64,000 nucleotides of DNA, taken from NCBI GenBank assembly GCA_050331735.1, contig JBHJGN010000011.1, forward strand, positions 224,001 to 288,000, read 5' to 3'. A model generated the notes under the pieces. The model saw only the letters and a program-made list of their open reading frames with translations. It was not told where the DNA came from and searched no databases. Below, piece after piece: positions 51,104-61,762 of the stretch (the first letter of the stretch is position 1; each line of letters starts with the position of its first letter). Source of the stretch: Cyanophyceae cyanobacterium. Its GTDB lineage: Bacteria; Cyanobacteriota; Cyanobacteriia; Cyanobacteriales; JBHJGN01. A program made the position numbers and the translations under genes.

Positions 51104-52489
51104 TTATACAGTGGCGTTTGCCCCAGGAACGGGAGCTGCCTCTACTAACCACATTCCGGCGGTGATCTTAGGCTGCTGCACCTCCAAATTCATTCCTTGC
51201 TGCATACCCATAACTAGGACTCCCATCGCTTCTACCAGTTTGGGATCAAAGGCAAGACTCGCTTGTTCTTGGCAGTTGGCCAAGGCCTGAGATAACGCTT
51301 CTTCTCGACTAATGCCGTTGTCTTGCCCGTGGGTACGAATTCGATTAACCTGCTCCTGGAAGAAAACCGCGATCCCTAAAATTCTTGACTCTAGGGGAAT
51401 CGCGTCGTAACCGATCCCACCAGGAAATCCCGTACCGTCCCAACGCTCGGTCTGGTGAGTGATAATTTCGGCGATCGCCCGCATCCGAGGCATGACGCGC
51501 AGCGCCTGCACCCCCGGGACAAGCTGACAGTGAGGCGCGGCATCGTCGTTCTTTGAAGCGACGGTTCCTCCTAAAGAGGGGACTAAGCGATGAAGCAGAC
51601 TCGCTAGCCGCAGGCGCTTTTGCTGCCAGGCTGGTAAATCGAGGAGCTGGGCCATCATTTCCGTTAGGGCCGCAACTTCCGCCGCTGCCCTGGGATTCTT
51701 GACATCTGCTCGATCAATTAACTGGGCCATGCGTAAAAACGCCTGCGTTTCGTTAGATAACAGATTATCGTCTAACGCTGAGGAGTTGGGCAAATAGGAG
51801 ACCGACTCCGGTTCTTGCAGTTGAGAGAGCTGTTCCTGGCTCGATTGCAGATACTCAACCACCTGAGACACCACGGAGCCCAAACTTTCTTGCTGGTGCC
51901 CCTGCATCTCGGTCGCGATCATCTCTAGCTTGGTCGTGAGCTGGTTAGCTAATTCTAAATCGTACTCGCGGATGTGGGCGATCGCCAGCTCAACGGTTTC
52001 TTTGACTAAATCGGGTTCAAAGGTCCAAAACCCATAGAATTTTCGCTCGATGTCATTTTCGGGCTGACCGCTGCTGCCGTAGTCTGCTGCCGATAGCTCC
52101 TGACACAGCACCATTGCGCTGTAGGTGGACGACAGAATCATCAGGTGCCACTCCTGCGCTACTGGATCTTCTGGCCTCAAACTCACGAGATCCACATTGG
52201 CACGGTTACTGGTCGGGTGAGCTTGAAATCCTGTATCCGGAGATGCCATAATCACGACGTGATCGGCCTTATCCGCCAAATCTCCGTAGCGTTCTGCCTC
52301 TTGCAAATACCACTTCCCTCGCTGAAAGGCAGTCACCATCACCGGTGCGCTTTCCGCCTGTAAAATAAAGTCTTCTAGGGCGTGGCACAGGGCCACGAGG
52401 GTATTTTTGTAGTAAACTCCCAGATTGAGAGGACGGTTGCTATCTTTATGGGCTTCATCTAGCTTTTGTAAAATTGAGCCTTCTAGCAT
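51104..52489 (-). CDS. DICT sensory domain fused to a degenerate HD-GYP-like domain
   Basis: YYKNTLVALCHALED...EWHL...FYGFWTF (DICT), then LASLLHRL, HQTERWDGTGFP and IPLESRIL. Confidence 0.8.
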   Translation of the reverse strand: MLEGSILQKLDEAHKDSNRPLNLGVYYKNTLVALCHALEDFILQAESAPVMVTAFQRGKWYLQEAERYGDLADKADHVVIMASPDTGFQAHPTSNRANVDLVSLRPEDPVAQEWHLMILSSTYSAMVLCQELSAADYGSSGQPENDIERKFYGFWTFEPDLVKETVELAIAHIREYDLELANQLTTKLEMIATEMQGHQQESLGSVVSQVVEYLQSSQEQLSQLQEPESVSYLPNSSALDDNLLSNETQAFLRMAQLIDRADVKNPRAAAEVAALTEMMAQLLDLPAWQQKRLRLASLLHRLVPSLGGTVASKNDDAAPHCQLVPGVQALRVMPRMRAIAEIITHQTERWDGTGFPGGIGYDAIPLESRILGIAVFFQEQVNRIRTHGQDNGISREEALSQALANCQEQASLAFDPKLVEAMGVLVMGMQQGMNLEVQQPKITAGMWLVEAAPVPGANATV

Positions 52490-52604
52490 TTTAAAAATTG
52501 AGATGAACTTTTATAAAAACTGATTGAGTATTGAGCGGGGAAAATTGAGGTGAAGCCTAATCAAAACAGCTTCATCCTCCATCTTCTCATTTGTTTCAAG
52601 AAAT

Positions 52605-54176
52605 TTAAGATATCTTTAACAACTCTTTCTTTTTGTCCGGCATGGGAGCAGAGAGTGCTTCTTCTAGATCAGCGCATCCCAGCCTAGCTTCTAAAATTCT
52701 CATAACTTCCCGACCAAAATCGTGAGGATTTTGCTGCCAAGCCTGGAGGCAGACTTCTCCAAAGAAAGAACCGAGCGGTTCTGGATTCCACAGCAGTTTC
52801 TTGGCTGTCCACGGCATCAAACTCATCGGGTTATATCCAGGTTTGAGGATTTTGTGCTGGAAAGCATATTCTTCCAGGTGCGTGTGAGGCTGTAAACCGA
52901 TAAAGAAAATGGCTGGCTCTACCTTATCAGCACCAAAAATTTTTTCCAGCTCTCGATGATAGGCGATGGTTTGCCGGATGGTCTCGGTGGTTTCGTCGAT
53001 GACGTTAAACGAATAGTTGACCGATACTAAATCATTAAACCCCGCCGCCTTTAAGTCTCGGCAATTCTGCAAAACGATCCGCAGATTGTAACCCATCCGC
53101 ATTTTGCGGACTAGCTCTTGAGAACCACTGGTAATGCCAATTTCGAAGTAATTCATGCCAGTTTTAACCATCAAGTCGCACAGCTTAGGACTGAGGTTAT
53201 CAGCGCGGATGTAGGCTGCCCAGTGAATATCGCTCATGCCAGACTCGAGGATCTTGTGCAGCAGCTCTACCGCATCGTTGATAAATCTGCGAGCCGGAAT
53301 AAACTGAGCATCGGTAAACCAAAAGTTCCGAATGCCGCGGTCATAAAGCTGGCGCATTTCTGCCACAACTTCATCGGCTGGATTGATCCGGACCTGTTTG
53401 CCTTCGACAACGGTGTACACGCAGTAACAGCAGTTGTGAGGACAGCCACGCTTAGTTTGGACCCCGATATAAAAATCGTTTTCCTGGAGATAATAGTCAA
53501 AAGCAGGCCAGATACTAGCGATGTAGTCATAGTTGCAGGCTGACTTTTCGATCGGTGTCGGCCACTCGTGGATCAGGCGCTCTCTTGGTTGAGTTTCACC
53601 GACTACATAACAGCGCTCGTTCTCATAGCTCTGCCCGCTCAATAACTTTTCTAGTAAAGTTTCTCCCTCGCCAACAGAAACAATCGTTCCTGTTGGGAGG
53701 CTGTCTTTTAGCTGCTCGTAGAAGACGCTGACTGCACCGCCACCGACAACCGCGCGGGCCTGAGAACTGTATTTTCTAGCTCGTTTTAAGCCGCGTCTGA
53801 TTAGACTCTGGTTCCGCCACAGTTCTCCGTAGTAGGCGGTGGTCACTTTTAGTCCTCCCAAAGCTCCGCGCAGCCTCACTAGCGGATTTTTAGCGTAATA
53901 AAATTCAAAAGCGTTCTGGAGAGGGTTGCCGCCTCTCCCGCCAACGGGGGCATAAATTTGAATGTCCCGCCAGGAGAACACCAGAAGCGTCGGCTGAAAC
54001 TCTTCGATACACTCATCTAAAGCGCGATTGAAATCTAAGGGGGGAATCGTTCCCAAATCAAGGATTTGCTGCTCAAGGTCTGGAAAGAGCTTGTGTACGT
54101 GATCTGCAAGATAGACAACCCCAATCGGAAAAATGGGATTGCAGGGAAGACGAACGTAAAGAATTCGCTGTGACAT
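52605..54176 (-). CDS. B12-binding-type radical SAM protein (photosystem II high-light acclimation, Slr0320-like)
   Basis: RLPCNPIFPIG and RGCPHNCCYC (CxxxCxxC) motifs. Confidence 0.85.
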   Translation of the reverse strand: MSQRILYVRLPCNPIFPIGVVYLADHVHKLFPDLEQQILDLGTIPPLDFNRALDECIEEFQPTLLVFSWRDIQIYAPVGGRGGNPLQNAFEFYYAKNPLVRLRGALGGLKVTTAYYGELWRNQSLIRRGLKRARKYSSQARAVVGGGAVSVFYEQLKDSLPTGTIVSVGEGETLLEKLLSGQSYENERCYVVGETQPRERLIHEWPTPIEKSACNYDYIASIWPAFDYYLQENDFYIGVQTKRGCPHNCCYCVYTVVEGKQVRINPADEVVAEMRQLYDRGIRNFWFTDAQFIPARRFINDAVELLHKILESGMSDIHWAAYIRADNLSPKLCDLMVKTGMNYFEIGITSGSQELVRKMRMGYNLRIVLQNCRDLKAAGFNDLVSVNYSFNVIDETTETIRQTIAYHRELEKIFGADKVEPAIFFIGLQPHTHLEEYAFQHKILKPGYNPMSLMPWTAKKLLWNPEPLGSFFGEVCLQAWQQNPHDFGREVMRILEARLGCADLEEALSAPMPDKKKELLKIS

Positions 54177-54658
54177 AGCGGCAATGGAGAATTTATCAGG
54201 TATGGAGCTAAAAACTTCGTTTTACCAATTGAACCTCTGCCGGAAGGATGATATATTGAGCTTCAATGAGAGGAGCCACCAAACTCTTTTCCCTTCTGGT
54301 GTAAATCTGAATTTGTTTTACATATCTTAACTTTAGCGGGATCGCTCTCAGCGATCAACTAGTGGTTAAGCAAATTTATGTCTTGGAAAGTGGTAAAGTT
54401 TTAGAAATCGAAAACAGATAAATTTGGTCACCCTCCGGCCTATTCCGGGCAGAAAGACGAAACAATTTTGAGCGAAAGTGCGGTTTCAGGGTCAAAAATT
54501 CTTAATAAAGTATTAAGAGTGCTTACCTACTCGGGTGTGCTGGCTAGCGATGGCAGATCCTGACCTGATTAGTATTATCGTTTACAGCCAATCGGGATCG
54601 CGCAATGCTAGCTTAGAGGGCGTAATCACACGTCCAGTATCAGAGTGGCTTAATAGCT

Positions 54659-55039
54659 ATGGCTCAAATTCTCGATCCCATCCCTAACGGGCAAAGAAAT
54701 AGCTTTCTTTGCTGCTATGTCAATGCTACCAACCAGATTCAGATTGCTCGCATTAGCAATATTGCTAACTGGTATTTTGAGCGGGTTGTCTTTCCCGGAC
54801 AACGCTTGGTGTTTGAGGCGCTACCGAGCGCACTCTTAGAAATTCACACAGGAATGATGGCAAGTGCTATTCTTTCCGATACCATCCCCTGCGAGCGTTT
54901 GCGAATTGATGATGGGGACGATCTTGACGAAGATGCCCCGTTGGTGCCAACAACCAATACCGCTCATAAACAAAAAGAATCTACTGATAATAAAACTCCC
55001 AGTGTCACTCCTTTAACAACAGCCTTAAGCTTTTGCTAA
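54659..55039 (+). CDS. DUF1830 family protein
   Basis: CCYVNAT.QIQIARI.NI.NWYFERVVFPGQRLVFEA. Confidence 0.85.
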   Translation: MAQILDPIPNGQRNSFLCCYVNATNQIQIARISNIANWYFERVVFPGQRLVFEALPSALLEIHTGMMASAILSDTIPCERLRIDDGDDLDEDAPLVPTTNTAHKQKESTDNKTPSVTPLTTALSFC

Positions 55040-55067
55040 ACCTCTTTAAAAAAACTTGATTCTATAG

Positions 55068-55092
55068 GACTACCTTGCGGTAGTCTTTTTTT
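55068..55092 (+). terminator. intrinsic terminator
   Basis: GACTACC-TTGC-GGTAGTC followed by TTTTTTT. Confidence 0.8.
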
Positions 55093-55135
55093 GGCTTCTA
55101 AACGTTTAGGCTAGAAGAAGCGTGAGGATTATCTT

Positions 55136-55573
55136 GTGAATCTACCGTCTTTTCTATGGCTCTGGAAAATTGCGGCTTGGTCAATGGGCTTGTCGGTGTT
55201 GGCCTATCTGTTACTGGGAGCTAGTGGAGGCTGGCTATTCTACGGGCGAACTCAACATCATCGCCGTCCTGCGTGGCTGAGACCTTTTCACTTGATTATA
55301 GGAACCGCGATGGTGTTTCTCGTGCTGCTGCTGCTAACCATCGGTTTAGTTGGCACAATTGGATACTATGGCAGCCTTGGTCACTCTCTCCATTTAGTGG
55401 CCGGGGTAACGGTTGTGTTGCTGGTACTGCTGTCTGCCTGGAGTGCGACTCAAATCAGTCCCAAGCGGACTTGGGCACGATCGCTCCACGTTGGCACCAA
55501 TATCGTCCTGCTATTCGGCTTTGTGTTGGTTTCCCTCACGGGCTGGGATGTCGTGCAGAAGTATTTACCCTAG
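55136..55573 (+). CDS. DUF4079 family membrane protein
   Basis: MNLPSFLWLWKIAAWSMG, four TMs with His residues, ends VVQKYLP. Confidence 0.8.
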   Translation: MNLPSFLWLWKIAAWSMGLSVLAYLLLGASGGWLFYGRTQHHRRPAWLRPFHLIIGTAMVFLVLLLLTIGLVGTIGYYGSLGHSLHLVAGVTVVLLVLLSAWSATQISPKRTWARSLHVGTNIVLLFGFVLVSLTGWDVVQKYLP

Positions 55574-55592
55574 TGAATGTGAATGAGGTGGC

Positions 55593-57548
55593 ATGAAGGC
55601 AGCAAGTAAAGTTTTAATTATCGGCGGCGGAATTATTGGTTTGGCGATCGCCGTCGAGCTAAAGCTTCGTGGAACTAGCGTTACGGTGCTAAGCCGTGAC
55701 TTTAGCCAAGCCGCCACTCATGCGGCGGCGGGGATGTTAGCACCTGATGCAGAAACTCTGGCTCCGGGTCCGATGCGGGAGCTGTGTTTCAACTCTCGCT
55801 GGCTTTACAGAGAGTGGACGCGGAAGCTTGAAGAAATTTCTGGCGTGGATGTGGGCTACCTCCCCTGCGGTATTCTCGCCCCTACCTTTGAGGGGTCTTC
55901 ATCCGCTGACGACGAGTCCTCAGCGGTATGGTTAGACCGAGAGGCCATCAATCTCTATCAGCCCGGACTCGGAGCAGAGGTACAGGGGGGCTGGTGGTAT
56001 CCCGAAGATGGACAGGTGGACAATCGCTGCTTAGCCAAAGCGCTGTTGCAGGCGGCTCGTTCGCTGGGGGTCGACCTCCAAGAAGGAGTGACGGTGGAGG
56101 CAATTGCTCAAAAGCATGGACAGGTAGATACCTTGTTGACCTCAGCAGGACCGATGACTGCCGAAACCTACGTGCTGGCTACCGGAGCCTGGGCTAATCA
56201 ACTGCTGCCCCTGCCTGTGCGTCCGGTGAAGGGGCAAATGCTGTCGCTCCGCATGCCGAGGGAGGCACATCAACCCTTCCCCCTACAGCGAGTCCTATAC
56301 GGTGAAGAGGTTTACCTCGTTCCTCGGCGAGACGGACGCTTACTTGTCGGGGCAACGGTGGAAGAAGTCGGCTGGACTCCTCACAACACGCCGACGGGGA
56401 TTCATCAGTTACTAGAGCAGGGCATGCGGCTCTACCCGGGGTTGCAAGAGTGGGCAATCGAAGAGTTCTGGTGGGGGTTTCGCCCGGGCACACCAGACGA
56501 GCAGCCGATTTTAGGGGTGGGTTCCTGCGACAATCTTTCCTTAGCCATCGGTCACTACCGCAACGGCATTCTGCTTGCTCCAGTAACGGCGACTCTTTTA
56601 GCAGACCAAATTTTGCAGCAGAAAACCGACCCACTCCTTAAGCATTTTCGCAGCGATCGCTTTTACTCCCAATCCAATTCATCCCACTCAGCTATGATTG
56701 TTACTTCCAGTTCAAAGTCTCTTCAGGCTTCTCCAAGACAAGAGCTTTCAGCGATTGATCAGCCTCTCGTCATCGCTGGTCGCACCTTTGGCTCGCGCCT
56801 GATGACGGGGACGGGCAAGTATTCCAGCATCGAAGCGATGCAGCAGAGTATCGCCGCGAGCGGCAGTGAAATTGTGACAGTGGCGGTGCGGCGCGTACAA
56901 ACGAAAGCTCCCGGACACGAAGGTCTGGCCCAGGCGATCGACTGGTCAAAGATTTGGATGCTGCCCAACACGGCTGGCTGCAAAACGGCAGAAGAAGCCG
57001 TGCGGGTGGCTCGCTTGGGTCGAGAAATGGCGAAGCTACTCGGACAGGAAGATAACAACTTTGTCAAGCTCGAAGTGATTCCCGATCCTAAATATCTCCT
57101 TCCAGACCCGATCGGAACCCTCCAGGCTGCCGAACAGCTTGTTCAAGAAGGGTTTGCGGTGCTGCCCTATATCAATGCCGATCCGATGCTAGCAAAGCAT
57201 TTAGAAGAAGCTGGCTGCGTCACCGTGATGCCCCTCGGTTCCCCGATTGGTTCCGGGCAGGGCATCAAAAATGCGGCCAACATCGCCATTATTATTGAGG
57301 AAGCTAAGATTCCGGTCGTGGTCGATGCTGGCATTGGCACACCGAGCGAAGCGGCGTACTCGATGGAGTTGGGCGCCGATGCGCTGCTGATTAATAGTGC
57401 GATCGCGCTGGCTAAAAATCCAGTAGCGATGGCGCGAGCAATGGGTATGGCCACCGAAGCCGGACGAATGGCTTATCTATCGGGGCGCATTCCGGTGAAG
57501 AACTATGCCAGCGCCAGTTCACCTATGACGGGAACGATTAACGGATGA
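55593..57548 (+). CDS. thiG: glycine oxidase ThiO / thiazole synthase ThiG fusion
   Basis: N-terminal GGGIIG FAD motif, AAAGML and [10 protein letters not shown]-terminal [21 protein letters not shown] and DAGIG. Confidence 0.93.
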   Translation: MKAASKVLIIGGGIIGLAIAVELKLRGTSVTVLSRDFSQAATHAAAGMLAPDAETLAPGPMRELCFNSRWLYREWTRKLEEISGVDVGYLPCGILAPTFEGSSSADDESSAVWLDREAINLYQPGLGAEVQGGWWYPEDGQVDNRCLAKALLQAARSLGVDLQEGVTVEAIAQKHGQVDTLLTSAGPMTAETYVLATGAWANQLLPLPVRPVKGQMLSLRMPREAHQPFPLQRVLYGEEVYLVPRRDGRLLVGATVEEVGWTPHNTPTGIHQLLEQGMRLYPGLQEWAIEEFWWGFRPGTPDEQPILGVGSCDNLSLAIGHYRNGILLAPVTATLLADQILQQKTDPLLKHFRSDRFYSQSNSSHSAMIVTSSSKSLQASPRQELSAIDQPLVIAGRTFGSRLMTGTGKYSSIEAMQQSIAASGSEIVTVAVRRVQTKAPGHEGLAQAIDWSKIWMLPNTAGCKTAEEAVRVARLGREMAKLLGQEDNNFVKLEVIPDPKYLLPDPIGTLQAAEQLVQEGFAVLPYINADPMLAKHLEEAGCVTVMPLGSPIGSGQGIKNAANIAIIIEEAKIPVVVDAGIGTPSEAAYSMELGADALLINSAIALAKNPVAMARAMGMATEAGRMAYLSGRIPVKNYASASSPMTGTING

Positions 57549-57568
57549 TGATTGTAGCCACCTAATTC

Positions 57569-57916
57569 CTAATGCCTGTGTAAAGCAGCAAGCCGTTCTC
57601 TTACTGTCGGCGATCGAAATCCTAAGACAATATCTTGAGGAGAAACACCGTACGCGATCAATTCACGATCGATAACAATTTCAGTGCTGTTGTGCTGAAT
57701 CCAGACTTTGCCATCGATGAAGTCTAACTGCATGGCACAACCGTAGATGCGGTAGTCGCCACGCCAACCGTTATGCCTAACAAGATAGCGAATCTCCTAC
57801 GGAGAGGCTGCGCCAACGCGCTCAACATCAAAAATTAACCGGGCTTCTGGATCGCCAGAGGCGAAATTCTTTAAGAAATCACACACAATTTGACGATACT
57901 GACTTACTCGATCCAT
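57569..57916 (-). pseudogene. xisI: XisI family gene interrupted by a 24-nt insertion carrying an in-frame TAG
   Basis: MDRVSQYRQIV...LIFDVER[VGAASP*E]IRYLV...GWRGDYRIYGC...DGKVWIQHNSTE..IDREL...GVSPQDIVLGF. Confidence 0.85.
57788..57819 (-). mobile_element. small dispersed repeat (SDR5-like) inserted in a HIP1-like site
   Basis: Minus strand GCG-TTGGCGCAGCCTCTCCGTAGGAGA-TTCGC, containing the hairpins GGC-GCA-GCC and TCTCC-GTA-GGAGA. Confidence 0.75.
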
Positions 57917-58093
57917 TCCTCACTCACCTCCTGAGCTGAATTATAAATAATTAAGCGAACACCATAGCGAGCGATCGCCTTTTGGATTGTAGCCAGAGTA
58001 GCCTTAAAGAGGCTTCAATGTAGACCCTCACTTAAATTGGGCTTGATGTTCGTTTAAGATCTTCTTAAGTTCTATTTGCTGATGTTTATTTGA

Positions 58094-59674
58094 ATGGCAG
58101 TTGCAATCGATTTTGGCACCAGTAACACGGTGATTACTCGCTGGAATAGCGCGACAGAGCAGCCAGAGACGCTCAATCTTGCAGAAGTGACTCAAAAACT
58201 AGGGGATAACCCGCCTCTGATTCCCAGCCTTGTCTATGTCGAGAATGCGGCTCAGGGGAACATTGTGCTTGGTCAAGCGGTGCGCGATCGCGGACTCGAT
58301 CTCAAAACTGATCCGCGCTTCTTTCGCAGCTTCAAGCGCGGCATCGGTACGCCAATTCAGGGGTTTCTGCCAGAACTCGATCAAACCACTGTCACCTTTG
58401 AAGACGTAGGTAACTGGTTTCTCACCTCCCTGATCGAAAAGCTACCGTCAGCAGACATGGCTGATTCATTGGTGCTAACGGTTCCGGTAGATAGTTTTGA
58501 ATCCTATCGTCGCTGGCTAGGGGAGGTATGTCAGTCTTGGTCGGTTGAACAGATACGGATGCTGGATGAACCAACGGCGGCGGCTTTAGGGTACGGCACT
58601 GCCGATCGTGATGTGCTGTTAGTCGTTGACTTTGGAGGCGGTACTTTGGATCTTTCCTTAGTGCAGCTAAATATGGGCAGCAGCCAGCCGAAGGGATTTA
58701 TTTTAAAGTGGGGAAAAAAGCTACAGGGGAATAGTTCTAGGCAAAAACAGAAGACCGCTCGCGTGTTGGCAAAAGCCGGCACAAATCTGGGCGGTTCTGA
58801 CCTAGATAACTGGATTGCAGATTACTTCAATGACACGCAGGGATTACCAAAATCGCCCTTGACAACGCGCCTAGCAGAACGGCTGAAGATTAATCTTTCC
58901 TCGCAAACTGAAGCGAACGAAGTTTATTTTAATGACGAAACCTTTGAGACCTTTGAATTGACGCTGACCCGCGAGCGCTTTGAGGAGATTCTGCATCAGC
59001 AGCAGTTCTTTACTCAGCTTGACGAGTTAATGACGCAGGTGTTGCAGCAGGGACGGCGGAACGGTATTGAAACCACCGATATTGATGCGGTGTTGCTGGT
59101 AGGGGGAACGGTGCAAATCCCGTCAGTACAGAACTGGGTGCAACAGTACTTCGATGACGACAAAATTCGCTGTGATCGCCCCTTTGAAGCGATTGCTAGC
59201 GGTGCACTACAGTTGGCTCAAGGCTTTGAGCTAAAAGACTTTCTCTACCACAGCTACGGTATCCGCTACTGGAATCGTCAGCAAAACCGCCATAGCTGGC
59301 ACCCCATTGTGAAAAGCGGACAGCCTTACCCGATGAGTAACCCCATTGAGCTATCTTTAGGAGCGTCTTTAGAGAATCAGCCGAGTATCGAGCTTATTAT
59401 CGGGGAGTTGGGCGCAGAAGCTGGAGGAACGGAGGTCTATTTTGATGGCGATCGCCTGGTGACTCGCAGCGTCGGCGATCCGGTGGTGCAGCCGCTCAAT
59501 GATTCGGAGGGAGCGCGCACCATTGCTCAGCTTACTCCTCCTGGGTTTCCAGGAAGCGATCGCATTAAGCTTCAATTTTGGGTAGACGAGCAGCGTTTTT
59601 TACGAATTACCGTCGAAGATTTGCTGACAAATGAAACGTTGCTGAATGGAAAAGCAGTAGCACAGTTGAGTTAG
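58094..59674 (+). CDS. Hsp70/DnaK-like protein
   Basis: AIDFGTSNT, LDEPTAAALGY, VVDFGGGTLD and VLLVGG motifs. Confidence 0.9.
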   Translation: MAVAIDFGTSNTVITRWNSATEQPETLNLAEVTQKLGDNPPLIPSLVYVENAAQGNIVLGQAVRDRGLDLKTDPRFFRSFKRGIGTPIQGFLPELDQTTVTFEDVGNWFLTSLIEKLPSADMADSLVLTVPVDSFESYRRWLGEVCQSWSVEQIRMLDEPTAAALGYGTADRDVLLVVDFGGGTLDLSLVQLNMGSSQPKGFILKWGKKLQGNSSRQKQKTARVLAKAGTNLGGSDLDNWIADYFNDTQGLPKSPLTTRLAERLKINLSSQTEANEVYFNDETFETFELTLTRERFEEILHQQQFFTQLDELMTQVLQQGRRNGIETTDIDAVLLVGGTVQIPSVQNWVQQYFDDDKIRCDRPFEAIASGALQLAQGFELKDFLYHSYGIRYWNRQQNRHSWHPIVKSGQPYPMSNPIELSLGASLENQPSIELIIGELGAEAGGTEVYFDGDRLVTRSVGDPVVQPLNDSEGARTIAQLTPPGFPGSDRIKLQFWVDEQRFLRITVEDLLTNETLLNGKAVAQLS

Positions 59675-59709
59675 AGTGGCCTTGACTAGCATCGTTTGTC
59701 AATAAGAAT

Positions 59710-59823
59710 TTACGTTTTCCATTCAGTGTCTGGAACATGAGCACTCCCCATAATGTTACGTAGAGTGCCATTGGGAAGATTACGTCCTTCGTGATCGGGC
59801 ACAATTACCTGGCCTAGATCTAG
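59710..59823 (-). pseudogene. HicA toxin C-terminal remnant
   Basis: Manual translation LDLGQVIVPDHEGRNLPNGTLRNIMGSAHVPDTEWKT* (VIVP.H.G..L..GTL..I motif). The N-terminal GSH part is absent. Confidence 0.7.
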
Positions 59824-60383
59824 GATAGCTGTCACAAGCGGACCAACTCACTTGAAACCACTGTACTGAAAGCTTTTCAGCCGTAGCCCTTTTAGAGGAA
59901 ACTTTGTTTAGAATTACCCGTATTTGATACCAAAGCAGTTCCTAGGAATGAAAAGATGGGGGTTTCAGAGCTTCTTCATTGACTAATTTGTCAACTTGGC
60001 ACTACCTGTTAGCTTTTCTAGGCTTAGTCCGTTTTGGTGCGGGTAGGCAAGCTTGGTTTCTAGAGCCCCAGACTGATAGTCTGAGGATAAATCCGTCGCG
60101 TTTGTACAAAGAATACAGCACTAATACCCATAAAAAAAAAGTAAGAGACAGAAATAACCAGAAAAACAAGCAATAGGCTTGTTTAAGTATATTTTTTGGC
60201 CCAATTGTCAAATTCAGCGGTTAAAACTTTGCTTCAGAATCATGAGAAATGCTCAAAGATTCACGAATGACTTTCTCAATTTTTAACTTACGCATAGTAT
60301 GATATCTATGACCTGAGCTCCTACAGGTTAGCAACACTAGCATTTTATAGTGTTAGTTGAATTGTATTGCTCTCGCTAATCTG

Positions 60384-61544
60384 ATGCAAAAACCTTTGAT
60401 TCAAGAAAGAAGCGTTTCTTCCCCCAGAAAAAGAAACTTTTCTTTTGATCTTCTCAAGGCCATTGGTATTCTCAGTATCATTCTTGCACATACAGGCTTG
60501 AACGACTACTGGATGATTCAGCAGACAAGAAACTTTGATGTTCCCCTGATGGTTATTGTTTCGGGAGCGTTATTCTGGCTAACATCAGGCAAAAATAACT
60601 CTTCATGGGTGGAGTATCTTCGGAAAAGAATTTTTAGATTGATTGTCCCAGTTTGGTGCTTTTTTTGCTTCTTTTTCACTATTGCTGGCCTATTTTCAAC
60701 CGTACGAGGAATCAATTATCCATTTAGCATTAAGCAGGTTCTTTATACCTTCCTTCTTCTCAACGAAGGTGTTCAATATGTCTGGATTGTTCGCGTTTTC
60801 CTACTAATTGCTATGATTGCTCCTTGGCTACTTCTTCTACAGAAAAAGTTTAAGCGCAACAGTACTTTTATATTTGCCATAATTCCTGTCTATCTAGTGT
60901 ATGAGTTGCTGGTGAAACTGAGACGTTTACTGCCAGCAAACGGTGAAGTTTCAGGAATTCAGGAATTTTTTTGGCAAAGGATACTGCTAAACTTGTTGAT
61001 TGACCAAATTCTTTTTTTACTAATTCCTTATGCTTGTCTGTTTGCTGTTGGAATTGTTCTTGTTCAAATCAGAAAAAGCACTTTAACTAAGTTGATGATG
61101 GCAACTGCCAGCCTATTTATTATTTTGGCGATCGCTTATGCCATCGATGCTCATGCTTTTGTGCTGACTCAGCAATACAAATATCCGCCAAGGCTATATT
61201 ATCTTGCCTACGGTTTGTGTGCTTCGATTGGTTTATACTTGCTTAGCGATCGCCTCTGTACCAGATTGAGCGGAATGTTTGAAAAACCTTGGGTAGCAAA
61301 GCCACTTGTCTTTATTAGTAAATCAACGCTGTGGATTTATCTATGGCACATCTTTTTCCTCTACGCCTGGGTAGAGACAGTGGGGTTTCTCAGCGGGTAT
61401 CAGAGCATTTATGAATTCTTGGCCATTATTGCACTGTCGATAGCAACAACGTACTTACAGAAAGCTTTCTTCTCCTGGCTGCTTGCTAATGTTTCGTTCA
61501 AACCAGGTACAGCTCATTTTCTCAAAATTGCGTTTCTTCAGTAG
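60384..61544 (+). CDS. acyltransferase family 3 membrane protein
   Basis: R..SFDLLKAIGILSIILAH, FDVPLM.IVSG, KRI.RL and S..IYLWH motifs; about 10 TMs. Confidence 0.88.
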   Translation: MQKPLIQERSVSSPRKRNFSFDLLKAIGILSIILAHTGLNDYWMIQQTRNFDVPLMVIVSGALFWLTSGKNNSSWVEYLRKRIFRLIVPVWCFFCFFFTIAGLFSTVRGINYPFSIKQVLYTFLLLNEGVQYVWIVRVFLLIAMIAPWLLLLQKKFKRNSTFIFAIIPVYLVYELLVKLRRLLPANGEVSGIQEFFWQRILLNLLIDQILFLLIPYACLFAVGIVLVQIRKSTLTKLMMATASLFIILAIAYAIDAHAFVLTQQYKYPPRLYYLAYGLCASIGLYLLSDRLCTRLSGMFEKPWVAKPLVFISKSTLWIYLWHIFFLYAWVETVGFLSGYQSIYEFLAIIALSIATTYLQKAFFSWLLANVSFKPGTAHFLKIAFLQ

Positions 61545-61762
61545 AAAAAATTTGGCAGTCTTCATGTCTAAAGTTCCTGACTTTGGTTGATTGTTAATGG
61601 CTCATTGTCTTCTCAGTTGAGGATGACGCACAAAGACAATCGAAAACGATTATTTCCCAAGTTAGTAAGGTACACAAGCTCAATAGTCAGACAATCAACC
61701 ATCAATGATTAATAAAAGGCTCAGCCGCTCGGACGGTGCTCTACGAGAGTAAGAACCGCTAT

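Noticed and set aside
55593..57548. ThiO-ThiG fusion as a novelty
   Set aside because: This fusion is already known in cyanobacteria
59979..60211. Opposing 65-aa and 69-aa ORFs
   Set aside because: Low-complexity A-rich sequence, non-ATG starts, no family signal
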